A stretch of DNA of 64,000 nt, taken from assembly GCA_029267355.1 (NCBI GenBank), contig JAJUJA010000002.1:1386-65385 (forward strand). Direction: 5' to 3'. The translations under genes were made by a program, and so were the position numbers. Source of the stretch: Elusimicrobiota bacterium. GTDB lineage: Bacteria; Elusimicrobiota; Elusimicrobia; Elusimicrobiales; UBA9959. The notes beneath the pieces are model-generated. The model was not told the DNA's origin. It searched no databases and saw only the letters and a program-made list of their open reading frames with translations. Shown here piece by piece: positions 1 through 8,479 of the stretch (position 1 is the stretch's first letter; each line of letters opens with the position of its first letter).

Positions 1-49
1 ATAAATCGTATAGGGCTTTGGGCCTATTGACTCAGGGGACCTTTTAATA

Positions 50-78
50 TTGACAAATCAAGACCTTCATACTAAAAC
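50..78 (+). promoter_or_regulatory. Candidate sigma70-type promoter of the protease gene
   Basis: TTGACA at 50-55, a 17-nt spacer, then TAAAAC at 73-78. AAGGAGG Shine-Dalgarno at 85-91 and ATG at 96. Confidence 0.45.
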
Positions 79-95
79 ATACACAAGGAGGATTT

Positions 96-1202
96 ATGAA
101 AAAGATCTTTTCAATCGCAAGCCTTATCCTCCTTATTTGTCCGGTTTTACGCGCAGCCAATCCCGCCTCAACTGTGGCCGGCTATATGCCCGTGGCCATT
201 TACGGAGAAGATAACAGGCAGGATTTTTTTCAGGCCGATGAAATAAGCAAAAAGCTGGCCTCATCCACCGCAGCTCTTTTCAGAAGCAAAGACCTTTCCG
301 ATTTGGGCAATGGCTGGCATCAGATAAGACCGGTAACGCTTAAAGACAGATTTAATCTGGCTGAAACCGAAGCTTTTGCAGACCAGCCTTCAGTATCTTT
401 CTGCTCGGCGGCCCTGGTGGGAAAGGATATGATTTTAACCTCGGCGCATTGCTTAAGGCAGGTGCCTTGTGAAAAGATCAAAATAGCCTTTGATTACAGA
501 ATTGAATCGGCGGGCAGATACCCGGAATTTCTCAAAAGCTCTGAGATATACTCCTGCAAAAGCGTCATTTCTCAAAAGTATGACCAGAACGGCGCCGATT
601 ATGCCCTGATAAGAACTGACAGGAAAGTAAATAGAACTCCGCTGGCCATAAACAGAAAAGACGATATAAAGGCCGATACGAAAGTTTTTGTCATCGGCTA
701 TCCCTCGGGCCTTCCAGTAAAAATTTCCAATAATGCCAAAGTTAGGGAGGTTAAAACCGAGTTCTTCATAACCGATCTTGATACTTTCAAAGGCAATTCA
801 GGCAGCCCGGTTTTCAATGAAGAGACAATGAAAATAGAAGGCGTTCTTTCAAGAGGCGGCACCGACTATATGTACAACAGCTATGTCTCGGAAGAACCCG
901 AGGCAGACCCTTCCAATCCCAACAGTCCGATATTCAAGCCCGGCACGGCCCACAGGGTAGGCCAGAACGAAGGCAGAGGCGAGGATGTGACAAAGGCCTC
1001 CGTATTTCAGGCCCTTATACCGCAGACAGATTTTGAAAAAGCCCTGAACGAAGCGATAAAACAGGGCGTAAGATTTGAAAGGGAAAAACAGAACGGCATC
1101 AGACCTGCGGTTTATACGCCTTCAGACTGGGGCCAAACTCAAATACAGCCCGCCGTATACTATCCTCCTGTCAATACAAGACCGGAAGTGATAGAAATTT
1201 GA
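96..1202 (+). CDS. Secreted trypsin-like (S1, V8/Glu-endopeptidase-like) serine protease
   Basis: N-terminal signal peptide (MKKIFSIASLILLICPVLRA). Catalytic-His context LTSAHC and catalytic-Ser context GNSGSPV, both typical of chymotrypsin-fold proteases. Strong SD upstream. Confidence 0.8.
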   Translation: MKKIFSIASLILLICPVLRAANPASTVAGYMPVAIYGEDNRQDFFQADEISKKLASSTAALFRSKDLSDLGNGWHQIRPVTLKDRFNLAETEAFADQPSVSFCSAALVGKDMILTSAHCLRQVPCEKIKIAFDYRIESAGRYPEFLKSSEIYSCKSVISQKYDQNGADYALIRTDRKVNRTPLAINRKDDIKADTKVFVIGYPSGLPVKISNNAKVREVKTEFFITDLDTFKGNSGSPVFNEETMKIEGVLSRGGTDYMYNSYVSEEPEADPSNPNSPIFKPGTAHRVGQNEGRGEDVTKASVFQALIPQTDFEKALNEAIKQGVRFEREKQNGIRPAVYTPSDWGQTQIQPAVYYPPVNTRPEVIEI

Positions 1203-1207
1203 ATGAA

Positions 1208-2899
1208 TCAGTTTTTTCTCTTGTCCATAACATAGGCGCTTTTTTCAAAGGTCTTGGCGGCTTTCTTTAATTCGCTGCCTATATTGCTTATCTGGGCGTA
1301 AGAAGTCAATTCTCTTATATTGTTATGAACTATGGCCACGGAAACGGCCAGAAGCGGAAATTTTTTCAAGTTGCCCTGCCTATCCTGGGCTGTTATATAA
1401 CCCCTTTGAGCGTCTTCTTTTTTATAAAATGAAGGAGAAATTTCGTCAAAAGCCTTCGTTATTTTAGCGGCCAGCTGTTCGCCTTTTTCAAAAGAGGTCA
1501 CCATTATAAAATCGTCGCCGCCTATATGGCCTATGAAATCGCCGGAATTTTCATTGGGCATCGCTATCTTCACCAAAAGATTGGCTGTGGCCTTTATAAC
1601 TCTGTCGCCGGCCTCAAAACCGTATATATCGTTATAAGCCTTAAAGTTGTTCAAGTCGATATAAAGAACTGCGAACTTGCGCTTTTCGCTTAAAGCCCTT
1701 TCTATGCGGGCCTGTATAGAAGGATTGCCCGGCAGCTTTGAAAGGGGATTGGTGTCTAAGACCTGCTTATTTCTCTTAAGAACCATCTTTATTCTTGCTA
1801 CAAGCTCATCCGTGTCAACAGGCTTTATAAGGTAATCATCTATGCCCATGGACAGGCCCCTCAGCTTGGCCTGTTTTTCCCCGAAGGCCGTAACTATTAC
1901 TATCGGTATATGCGCAAACAAAGGATTATCCTTGAGCTCCGAGGCGGCCGTAAGGCCGTCCTTAACCGGCATATTATAGTCCATTATTATTATGTCCGGA
2001 TTTGTTTCATAAACCATTTTAACGGCTTCCTCTCCGTCTGAAGCTATAAAAACCTCAAAGCCGGCCTTTTCAACCGTTTCTTTAACAAGCATCAAAAGCT
2101 CTGTCTGATCATCAGCAAGCAGAACTCTGGGTTTAACCGAAGAAGAAACTATGCCGTCATCGCTTTCGCTTATCTTTTTTTCTATCTGCTCAAGAAGGAA
2201 TTTCTCGTCAAGCTCCTTGTAAATCATTTCCGGAAAACCGGTAAGCATGCCCTTGTCCTGATAGGCGTCAAATTTGAGAGCTGTTATGATTATTATAGGC
2301 ACAGAAGCGGTAACCTTCTTCTCCTGCAATTCCTGCATTATTTCAAATCCGTCTTTGCCGGGCATCATTATATCCAGAAACAAAAGAGCCGGTCTTAAAG
2401 TATTTACCGCCTCAACCGCTCTGGCCGGATTATTTTCCGCATAAGCTTCCCAACCCTGAGCGCTCAAAAACATTTTTAAAAGTTCGGAGAACTCGCTGTC
2501 ATCGTCAACTATGAGTATTTTTTTATTTTCGCCCGTATAATTTGACGCTATTCTCTTGAGCTCGTCAAAATCAACAGGTTTTGAAAGATAGCCGGCCACT
2601 CTTGGCGCCGGGCCGACAATATTTTCTATTTTCCTGTTTTGCGAAGCTATCAGAATTCTATTTTCGCCGGACGGCTTGTGGTTTTTTATTTTGTCTATAA
2701 TCTGCAGTGGATTAAAGCTTTTGGAAAGTATGTCCACTATGAAAAGGGAATAAGCGTTTTTTTCCGCCGAAAAAAAATCGTCAGGCAGAGAGGACGCTAC
2801 AGTAAGCTTGTAATACCTCGGGTCAAGTATTTCCCGGACCTTATCCGTAAAAATCAGATCATCCGTCAAAAGAAGTATCTCTTTTATGGCCGAGTCCAT
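1208..2899 (-). CDS. Multi-receiver response regulator with a GGDEF (diguanylate cyclase) output domain, PleD-like
   Basis: A degenerate N-terminal receiver-like region is followed by two canonical REC domains (ILIVDDD...FLDIMMPGKDG and VLLADDQ...IIMDYNMPVKDG...LIKP). A C-terminal GGDEF domain carries the signature HIGGDDFIMV. Confidence 0.85.
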   Translation of the reverse strand: MDSAIKEILLLTDDLIFTDKVREILDPRYYKLTVASSLPDDFFSAEKNAYSLFIVDILSKSFNPLQIIDKIKNHKPSGENRILIASQNRKIENIVGPAPRVAGYLSKPVDFDELKRIASNYTGENKKILIVDDDSEFSELLKMFLSAQGWEAYAENNPARAVEAVNTLRPALLFLDIMMPGKDGFEIMQELQEKKVTASVPIIIITALKFDAYQDKGMLTGFPEMIYKELDEKFLLEQIEKKISESDDGIVSSSVKPRVLLADDQTELLMLVKETVEKAGFEVFIASDGEEAVKMVYETNPDIIIMDYNMPVKDGLTAASELKDNPLFAHIPIVIVTAFGEKQAKLRGLSMGIDDYLIKPVDTDELVARIKMVLKRNKQVLDTNPLSKLPGNPSIQARIERALSEKRKFAVLYIDLNNFKAYNDIYGFEAGDRVIKATANLLVKIAMPNENSGDFIGHIGGDDFIMVTSFEKGEQLAAKITKAFDEISPSFYKKEDAQRGYITAQDRQGNLKKFPLLAVSVAIVHNNIRELTSYAQISNIGSELKKAAKTFEKSAYVMDKRKN

Positions 2900-2911
2900 A
2901 ACTTGATTTTA
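2900..2911 (-). promoter_or_regulatory. -10 element (TAAAAT) 6 nt upstream of the ATG of the GGDEF regulator; candidate leaderless promoter
   Basis: The minus strand reads TTG TAAAAT CAAGTT ATG. The hexamer is at 2911->2906 and the ATG at 2899->2897. No SD is present. Confidence 0.45.
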
Positions 2912-2980
2912 CAATTTATCGCCCGCCCGCCGCAAACCCCGAACCCCGAACCGGGGGCGGGTAGGACTTTGGGGTAAATG

Positions 2981-3011
2981 AAAACGCCCCGGCTTGAGGC
3001 CGGGGCGTTTT
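2981..3011 (-). terminator. Rho-independent terminator downstream of the SWIB gene
   Basis: Perfect 13-bp stem AAAACGCCCCGGC / GCCGGGGCGTTTT with a 5-nt loop. On the minus strand it is followed by TTTTCATTT. Confidence 0.8.
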
Positions 3012-3031
3012 AGTTTTTCCCTTTAAGGAAA

Positions 3032-3292
3032 TTATTTCACATGCTTGCTGATAAGCTTGGCAAGATCGAACATGCTGATCTGTTTCTTTCCGAAAAATTT
3101 GGAAAGTTTTTCATCGGCATTGATCATTCTCTTGTTTTTCTTGTCCTGGAGACCATTCTTCTTTATGTAAGCCCATATTTTCTTGACGATTTCGGTTCTG
3201 GGCATGGCTTTCGCGCCGACTATTTCGGCAAGAACGGCATCCGGAGTAACAGGAGCCATGAATTTGGCATTTCCTTTAGATTTAGCTGGCAT
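3032..3292 (-). CDS. SWIB/MDM2 domain protein
   Basis: An 86-aa protein with the characteristic SWIB core: PRTEIVKKIWAYIKKNGLQDKKNKRMINADEKLSKFFG. AAAGGAGG SD upstream. Confidence 0.8.
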   Translation of the reverse strand: MPAKSKGNAKFMAPVTPDAVLAEIVGAKAMPRTEIVKKIWAYIKKNGLQDKKNKRMINADEKLSKFFGKKQISMFDLAKLISKHVK

Positions 3293-3321
3293 TTAATCCT
3301 CCTTTAACTTCAATACCTATA

Positions 3322-3351
3322 ATAATAGTCATTTCTACAGGGATTTGTCAA
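3322..3351 (-). promoter_or_regulatory. Candidate sigma70 promoter of the SWIB gene
   Basis: On the minus strand: TTGACA (3351->3346), an 18-nt spacer, then TATTAT (3327->3322), about 30 nt before the ATG at 3292. Confidence 0.5.
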
Positions 3352-3368
3352 TAGAAAATTGACTTTTT

Positions 3369-4913
3369 TCACAATGAGGGCCCGCCTGAAATTATTCCCT
3401 GGTCTTTTATGGACAATTTTTTGAAATTTTCGGCAAACATGGAGGCCAGCTCTTTTTTCTTGCTTTCATAAGCCTTTTTGTCGGTCCAGGCTATGGACGG
3501 ATTAAGAACCGCAGGGTCGGCGCCGCCGAAATTCAAAGGTATTTCAAAGCCGAAAACAGGGTCTTTTTCGTATTTGACAGAGCTTTTATCTCCGGAAACG
3601 GCGAAATTCACTATGGCTCTAGTGTCTTTTATGCTTATTCTTTTGCCTATGCCGTAAGGCCCGCCGCAAAGGCCGGTATTTATAAGCCAGCACTCGGTTT
3701 TATGCTTTTGCATTTTTTCAGACAGCAATTGCGCATAAACTGTCGGATGCCAGCTCATAAAAGGCGCGCCGAAACAGGCGCTGAAAGTCGCTTTCGGCTC
3801 TTTTATGCCTATCTCAGTATTGGCGACCTTGGCGGTATAGCCTGAAACGAAATGATACATCGCCTGATTGTAATTAAGTTTGGATACCGGCGGCAATACG
3901 CCGAAAGCGTCATAGGTAAGCATCAAAATATTTTTAGGATGGCCGAAGGTATCGCCGAATACGGCATTGTCTATAAAATCAAGAGGATAACCTGCCCTAG
4001 TATTCTCAGTTCTTGAGCCGTCATTGAAATCCGGCAGACCGTTCTTGTCAAAAACCACATTTTCAAGCACGCACCCGAAACGGTTCACAGCCGCATATAT
4101 CTGCGGCTCGGCCTGTCTTGAAAGATTTATTACCTTGGCGTAGCAGCCCCCCTCAAAATTAAATATTCCCTTATCGTCCCAGCCGTGCTCATCGTCGCCT
4201 ATAAGCCCTCTCTGAGGATCGCTTGATAAGGTCGTCTTGCCTGTGCCTGAAAGTCCGAAGAAAAGCGCAGTATCGCCGTCCTTGCCGGCATTAGCCGAGC
4301 AATGCATCGGGAAAACCTTCTTTAAAGGCAGCAGATAATTCATCACGCTGAAAGCTGTTTTCTTTATCTCGCCGGCATAGCCGCTGCCGCCTATTATGGC
4401 CACTCTCTTTGCGAAATTTATTATTATAAAGGTCTCGCTTCTTGTGCCGTCAAAAAATGGATCCGCCTTGAATCCGGGCGCAGATATTATGGTGAAATCC
4501 GGATTATTGAAATCCTTAGAAGCGTTTCTGAAAAGATTTTTGACAAATAATGAGTGCCAGGCATATTCTGTCCACACATTGAGATTAATGGCATGCTCGC
4601 CGGCTCCTACGCTGCATTTCCTGAGATATACGTCTCTGGCTGACATATACTCTCTCAATCTGGCATAAAGCGAGTCAAATTTACTCTCTTCTATCGGTTT
4701 ATTATTCTCTCCCCACCATATGTTTTTTTCGGAAGAATGCTCCCTGACTATGAATTTGTCTTTGGCCGCGCGCGCCGTATGAAAACCCGTATTGACGGCC
4801 AAAGCGCCGGTGGACAGTATCCGTCCCTCGCCGTTTCTGACGGCATGCTCATAAAGCTCGCCGGCAGAAAGATTTATAAAAACCTTATTTTCGCTTTTTA
4901 TAAAAGTCTGCAT
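3369..4913 (-). CDS. pckA: Phosphoenolpyruvate carboxykinase (ATP)
   Basis: Length of 514 aa. Kinase-1a P-loop FFGLSGTGKTTLS and the conserved GDDEHGW and NFEGGCYAK blocks of ATP-dependent PEPCK. Confidence 0.95.
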   Translation of the reverse strand: MQTFIKSENKVFINLSAGELYEHAVRNGEGRILSTGALAVNTGFHTARAAKDKFIVREHSSEKNIWWGENNKPIEESKFDSLYARLREYMSARDVYLRKCSVGAGEHAINLNVWTEYAWHSLFVKNLFRNASKDFNNPDFTIISAPGFKADPFFDGTRSETFIIINFAKRVAIIGGSGYAGEIKKTAFSVMNYLLPLKKVFPMHCSANAGKDGDTALFFGLSGTGKTTLSSDPQRGLIGDDEHGWDDKGIFNFEGGCYAKVINLSRQAEPQIYAAVNRFGCVLENVVFDKNGLPDFNDGSRTENTRAGYPLDFIDNAVFGDTFGHPKNILMLTYDAFGVLPPVSKLNYNQAMYHFVSGYTAKVANTEIGIKEPKATFSACFGAPFMSWHPTVYAQLLSEKMQKHKTECWLINTGLCGGPYGIGKRISIKDTRAIVNFAVSGDKSSVKYEKDPVFGFEIPLNFGGADPAVLNPSIAWTDKKAYESKKKELASMFAENFKKLSIKDQGIISGGPSL

Positions 4914-4930
4914 TTTTCCTCCGCAAATCT

Positions 4931-6094
4931 TTATTTTCCGTCAAGATATTCCCTTATCCTGTTCACGCCTTTCACTATGTCCTCTTTCTTGCCGCAAAAA
5001 CTTATCCGCAAATGACCGTCCACGCCGAACTCGGCTCCGGGAACGGTCACAACTCCCGTTTTCTCTATAAGTTCGGCAGACAATTTTGAGCTGTCCGGAT
5101 TATATGCCGAAAAATCGGCGAAGCTGTAAAAGGTGCCCAGAGGTTTTTCAAATTTAAGCTTTTTAAACTTTGAAAGCTCTGTTACAAGGGCGTCTCTTTT
5201 TTCCTCAAGCTCCTTGATCATCCTTTTTGTGAAAGCGTCCCCTTCCGTCAAGGCGCCTATGGAGGCCGCCTGACTCAATTCGCTCGGGCATGAGGTTATC
5301 TGGCCCTGAACCTTGGTCATAGCCGAAGTCATTGACTTTGAAGCCACAGACCAGCCGATTCTGAATCCTGTCATTGAAAAAGTCTTTGAAACGCCGTTCA
5401 CGGAAACTATATTTGATTCGTCTATTTTCTTTTTTGAAAATGAAAAAGCCGACGGCACATTGATACCGCCGAAAACCAGCTTATTGTAGATATCGTCCAT
5501 CAGCAGGAATATCCCTTTTTCCTCGCAAAGCGACACTATTCTTTCTATGAACTCCGGCCCGTATATAAGCCCGCTGGGATTATTGGGCGTATTGAGCATA
5601 ATCGCCTTTGTGTTTGAAGTAATATGCCTTTCTATATCTTCAAATGAGCAGAGAAGGCCTTCGGACGGTTTTACCGGCACGGGCTGACCGTATACAAGCC
5701 TGACCATTTCAGTATAGCTTACCCAGTAAGGCGCTGGGAATACCACCTCGTCGCCCGGATTGACTGCGCAGAGAAGGAAATTGTATATGGACTGCTTGGC
5801 GCCTGAGGAGACGCATATATTGGCAGGAGCTGTCTCTATGCCGTAATTGTCCATAGTATATTTGCAGATTTTTTCTTTAAGCTCAGGAATGCCGGATGTG
5901 GGCGTATATTTGACCCTTTTGGAGTTTATTTTTTTTAATGTTTCCTCAGCCGCTTTTTGAGGAATATCAAATTCCGGCTCGCCGCCGCCGAGATGTATTA
6001 TATCCTTGCCCTGTTTTTTAAGATTGGCGGCCAATTCATTAAGTTTAAGAGTGGCGGACTGGCCGAGAGAAGAAGCTATTTTGCTTAGCTGCAC
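4931..6094 (-). CDS. Class I PLP-dependent aminotransferase (aspartate aminotransferase-like)
   Basis: 387 aa. NPSG motif (NTPNNPSGL) and the PLP-lysine context SKTFSMTGFRIGW. GTG start preceded by GGAGG. Confidence 0.85.
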   Translation of the reverse strand: MQLSKIASSLGQSATLKLNELAANLKKQGKDIIHLGGGEPEFDIPQKAAEETLKKINSKRVKYTPTSGIPELKEKICKYTMDNYGIETAPANICVSSGAKQSIYNFLLCAVNPGDEVVFPAPYWVSYTEMVRLVYGQPVPVKPSEGLLCSFEDIERHITSNTKAIMLNTPNNPSGLIYGPEFIERIVSLCEEKGIFLLMDDIYNKLVFGGINVPSAFSFSKKKIDESNIVSVNGVSKTFSMTGFRIGWSVASKSMTSAMTKVQGQITSCPSELSQAASIGALTEGDAFTKRMIKELEEKRDALVTELSKFKKLKFEKPLGTFYSFADFSAYNPDSSKLSAELIEKTGVVTVPGAEFGVDGHLRISFCGKKEDIVKGVNRIREYLDGK

Positions 6095-6166
6095 AATGTC
6101 CTCCGGGAACCGATTTTTTATTTTATTGAAGTCGGCCCCTTTTAATCAGATGCCGGGAAAGATAAA

Positions 6167-6238
6167 AGGCGCGGGTCGGAATCGAACCGACGTATAGCGG
6201 TTTTGCAGACCGCTGCCTTTCCACTTGGCTACCGCGCC
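6167..6238 (-). tRNA. tRNA-Cys (anticodon GCA)
   Basis: The reverse complement folds by hand into a cloverleaf. Acceptor stem GGCGCGG/CCGCGCC. Anticodon stem GCGGU/ACCGC with loop CUGCAAA. T-arm GUCGG-UUCGAUU-CCGAC. Discriminator U, as expected for tRNA-Cys. No encoded CCA. Confidence 0.93.
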
Positions 6239-6312
6239 ATACTTTTATCTTATCAAAAACCTTAAACCTTTGGCAAATTGACTTTCAGCAAAAAAATGCC
6301 GAAAATAATCCA

Positions 6313-6324
6313 AATTGCTATAAT
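6313..6324 (+). promoter_or_regulatory. Extended -10 (TGcTATAAT) 6 nt upstream of the exonuclease GTG start; candidate leaderless promoter
   Basis: AATTGCTATAAT at 6313-6324, then CTTTAT, then GTG at 6331. The identical 12-mer recurs at 25288-25299 in the same position relative to a start codon. Confidence 0.5.
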
Positions 6325-6330
6325 CTTTAT

Positions 6331-6852
6331 GTGAACAAAAAAACGAATTTCGCCGCCATAGACTTTGAAACCGCCAACTATGAGCCGACATCTGCATGCG
6401 CCGTAGGCATAACGGTGGTCAAAAACGGAAAAATATCCGGCTCCTTCTGCTCTCTTATAAAACCGGAACCGTTTTATTTTGTGCCGGAATTCATAGAGAT
6501 ACACGGCATAAGGCCGGAGCATACCGCTTATGCGCCGGATTTTGAAGAGGTTTGGCCGGAGATGAAAAAGAGAATAGAAGGGCTCCCGCTTTTTGCACAT
6601 AATGCGCCTTTTGACAAAAAGGTGCTGCTTTCATGCCTGCGTTTTTACGGTATAGATTTTGAAGAGCCGGAATTTTTCTGCACCTGCCGTCTTTCAAGGC
6701 AGGCCTGGCCGCATTTTGAAAATCACAAACTTTCAACGGTTTGCCGGATGCTGAATATACCTCTTGACCATCATAAAGCCGACTCTGACGCCAATGCCTG
6801 CGCCCTTATAGCGCTTAAACTGAGAGAAGAATTAGAAAAGATTTTCCAATAA
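6331..6852 (+). CDS. DEDDh-type 3'-5' exonuclease (DnaQ/epsilon-like)
   Basis: Exo I motif AAIDFETAN, Exo II motif AHNAPFDKKVL and Exo III motif HHKADSDANA. Confidence 0.85.
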   Translation: MNKKTNFAAIDFETANYEPTSACAVGITVVKNGKISGSFCSLIKPEPFYFVPEFIEIHGIRPEHTAYAPDFEEVWPEMKKRIEGLPLFAHNAPFDKKVLLSCLRFYGIDFEEPEFFCTCRLSRQAWPHFENHKLSTVCRMLNIPLDHHKADSDANACALIALKLREELEKIFQ

Positions 6853-6857
6853 TTGCC

Positions 6858-7931
6858 TCAGAAATTATCAACTTGCTCACCAGTCAATATTCCGGCTAAT
6901 CTATTCTCTCCCACAGAACCTGGATTAAAGTGGTCGCTTATAAGCTTTTTATTTTCCTTTTCGATATTTTTTTTGGCATTTTCAAATGTTTTTTCAAAGT
7001 GCTCCTCAGAAATATCATTATTTTGTTTTCCTGAATTGTAGATGTATGGAAGGGCTTTCATCATAGCAATAAAACCGGTAGTTTTTGTTAGGATATATTG
7101 ATTCGGGTTATCCCATTCTATTGGCCAAACTTTTTTAGCCGCATTAAACATGTTTAGCAATATTTTGAGAATAATTTCATCTTTATCCTCTCTGAAATAA
7201 TCGTTAAAAATGCATTTTTGTCTCACAGGCAATTTACCCATTTTAGCAATAATATCCCTATCTTCATCTGGATTATCACTAATGTGCACTAAAAGATGTT
7301 TTACAAATGTACCCTGAGATAAACTTTGATTTTCTCCCCCAGTATTTCTTCCAAGCATTTTTAATCTACGATACCACGGAGATCCAGGTGTACTGTTCAT
7401 TGCACGTGCTATTTCATGAGCAGTTTTATATGGGCTTCTGCCTTTAGTTATACCAAAAAGATCGTACACCAGAGAAGCAGGCACCTTTGTCTGTTTACCG
7501 TTTATAATTGCAAATATAAGCGCTTTCTGTTCAACCGTAGGACTTGGGATTAAAACAACAGGAATTTTAAAATCTTTTGCTCTACCGCTTTCCTTTATTC
7601 CCTGTATCCTATGCTGACCATCAACAATTTCTGCAACTACGTTATCCTTAATGTCAATTGAATCAGAAGTATCATCTATATCATATTCACCATCTTTGAG
7701 AGCCAATAAGATCGGTGTTGGAAAAGCGGCGTCGAGAGTTTGTGCATATTCAGATATCTCCTTAATACGCTTGCTCGAAGGTTCACGTTGAATACCTTCA
7801 GAGCTTCTTAATTTGTTATCATCGAATGCTCTGGGTTGAGCCTTCGACATTTCTATTAACACGTCAGCACCCATTACAGTCAAATAAAACTCTCCTGCAG
7901 GCTGCTCGAATTTCATTATTCTAAGTTTCAT
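6858..7931 (-). CDS. DGQHR-domain protein (DndB-like, ParB/Srx-fold)
   Basis: Literal DGQHR motif (AEIVDGQHRIQGI), preceded by the ParB-N-like block GIQREPSSKRIKEISEY. Its start overlaps the upstream stop as ATGA (7928-7931). The gene is AT-rich relative to its neighbours. Confidence 0.8.
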   Translation of the reverse strand: MKLRIMKFEQPAGEFYLTVMGADVLIEMSKAQPRAFDDNKLRSSEGIQREPSSKRIKEISEYAQTLDAAFPTPILLALKDGEYDIDDTSDSIDIKDNVVAEIVDGQHRIQGIKESGRAKDFKIPVVLIPSPTVEQKALIFAIINGKQTKVPASLVYDLFGITKGRSPYKTAHEIARAMNSTPGSPWYRRLKMLGRNTGGENQSLSQGTFVKHLLVHISDNPDEDRDIIAKMGKLPVRQKCIFNDYFREDKDEIILKILLNMFNAAKKVWPIEWDNPNQYILTKTTGFIAMMKALPYIYNSGKQNNDISEEHFEKTFENAKKNIEKENKKLISDHFNPGSVGENRLAGILTGEQVDNF

Positions 7932-8428
7932 ATCTTAACTCCGTTTTCATCGCTTTTTATATTTTTAGCCTTTTTTGATAAATCAGCAATCTCATCATCC
8001 TCTTTCTGAACAATCTTATCTGCAGATTCTTCCCAAGAAGCGTAACGGAAGCAATACAAATATGATGCAAACATAATAACAAGAAGTGTAATCACAAAAA
8101 CCCAAAATATCTGTGCTCCTTCTAAAATAACACCAACATTCAGAATAATCAGAAAAATAGCAATCATAAATCCTATGGTCCTGATTGAGCTACTCTCCTT
8201 TGAAACACCAGACTTTATTGAAGTAGCAGCCGCAAAACATTCAGCCAATAATACTATATTAAAGGAGGCGACATCGGCAATTGCAGACTCCATACTAACA
8301 TTTTTCCAAATGATGGGGAGCCAAATTCCTACGGTTCCCAAAAACATGATCGTAACAAGCCACATTATAAATTCGTGCCGGTGTGACTTAATTTCATTGA
8401 GTGGCTCTAAAAAGCTTTTTGAAACCAT
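7928..8428 (-). CDS. Small integral membrane protein (about 4 TM helices, acidic C-terminal tail), unknown function
   Basis: Four hydrophobic segments (WLVTIMFLGTVGIWLPIIW, SFNIVLLAECFAAATSI, IGFMIAIFLIILNVGVIL, IFWVFVITLLVIMFASYLY). GGAGG SD upstream. Translationally coupled to the DGQHR gene. Confidence 0.6.
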   Translation of the reverse strand: MVSKSFLEPLNEIKSHRHEFIMWLVTIMFLGTVGIWLPIIWKNVSMESAIADVASFNIVLLAECFAAATSIKSGVSKESSSIRTIGFMIAIFLIILNVGVILEGAQIFWVFVITLLVIMFASYLYCFRYASWEESADKIVQKEDDEIADLSKKAKNIKSDENGVKI

Positions 8429-8479
8429 ACTTTATTCCTCCGAAAAAACAGAAAGTTTGTCACACACATATCAGTAAAC

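Noticed and set aside
2937-2952. The tandem CCCCGAA CCCCGAA repeat and the GC-rich stretch upstream of the GGDEF gene.
   Set aside because: There are only two copies. Together with the flanking CGCCCGCC/GGGGGCGGG it most simply forms part of an imperfect hairpin next to the SWIB terminator. It is not a repeat family.
6167-6238. tRNA-Cys as the integration site for the AT-rich restriction-modification/DGQHR block.
   Set aside because: The tRNA 3' end points away from the block. A core-like exonuclease gene lies between them. No integrase is present, and I could not find a direct repeat of the tRNA 3' end.
6262-6736. Minus-strand ORFs of 112 and 81 aa overlapping the exonuclease gene.
   Set aside because: They are antisense to a gene with all three DEDDh exonuclease motifs, and their products are Arg/Phe-rich and implausible.
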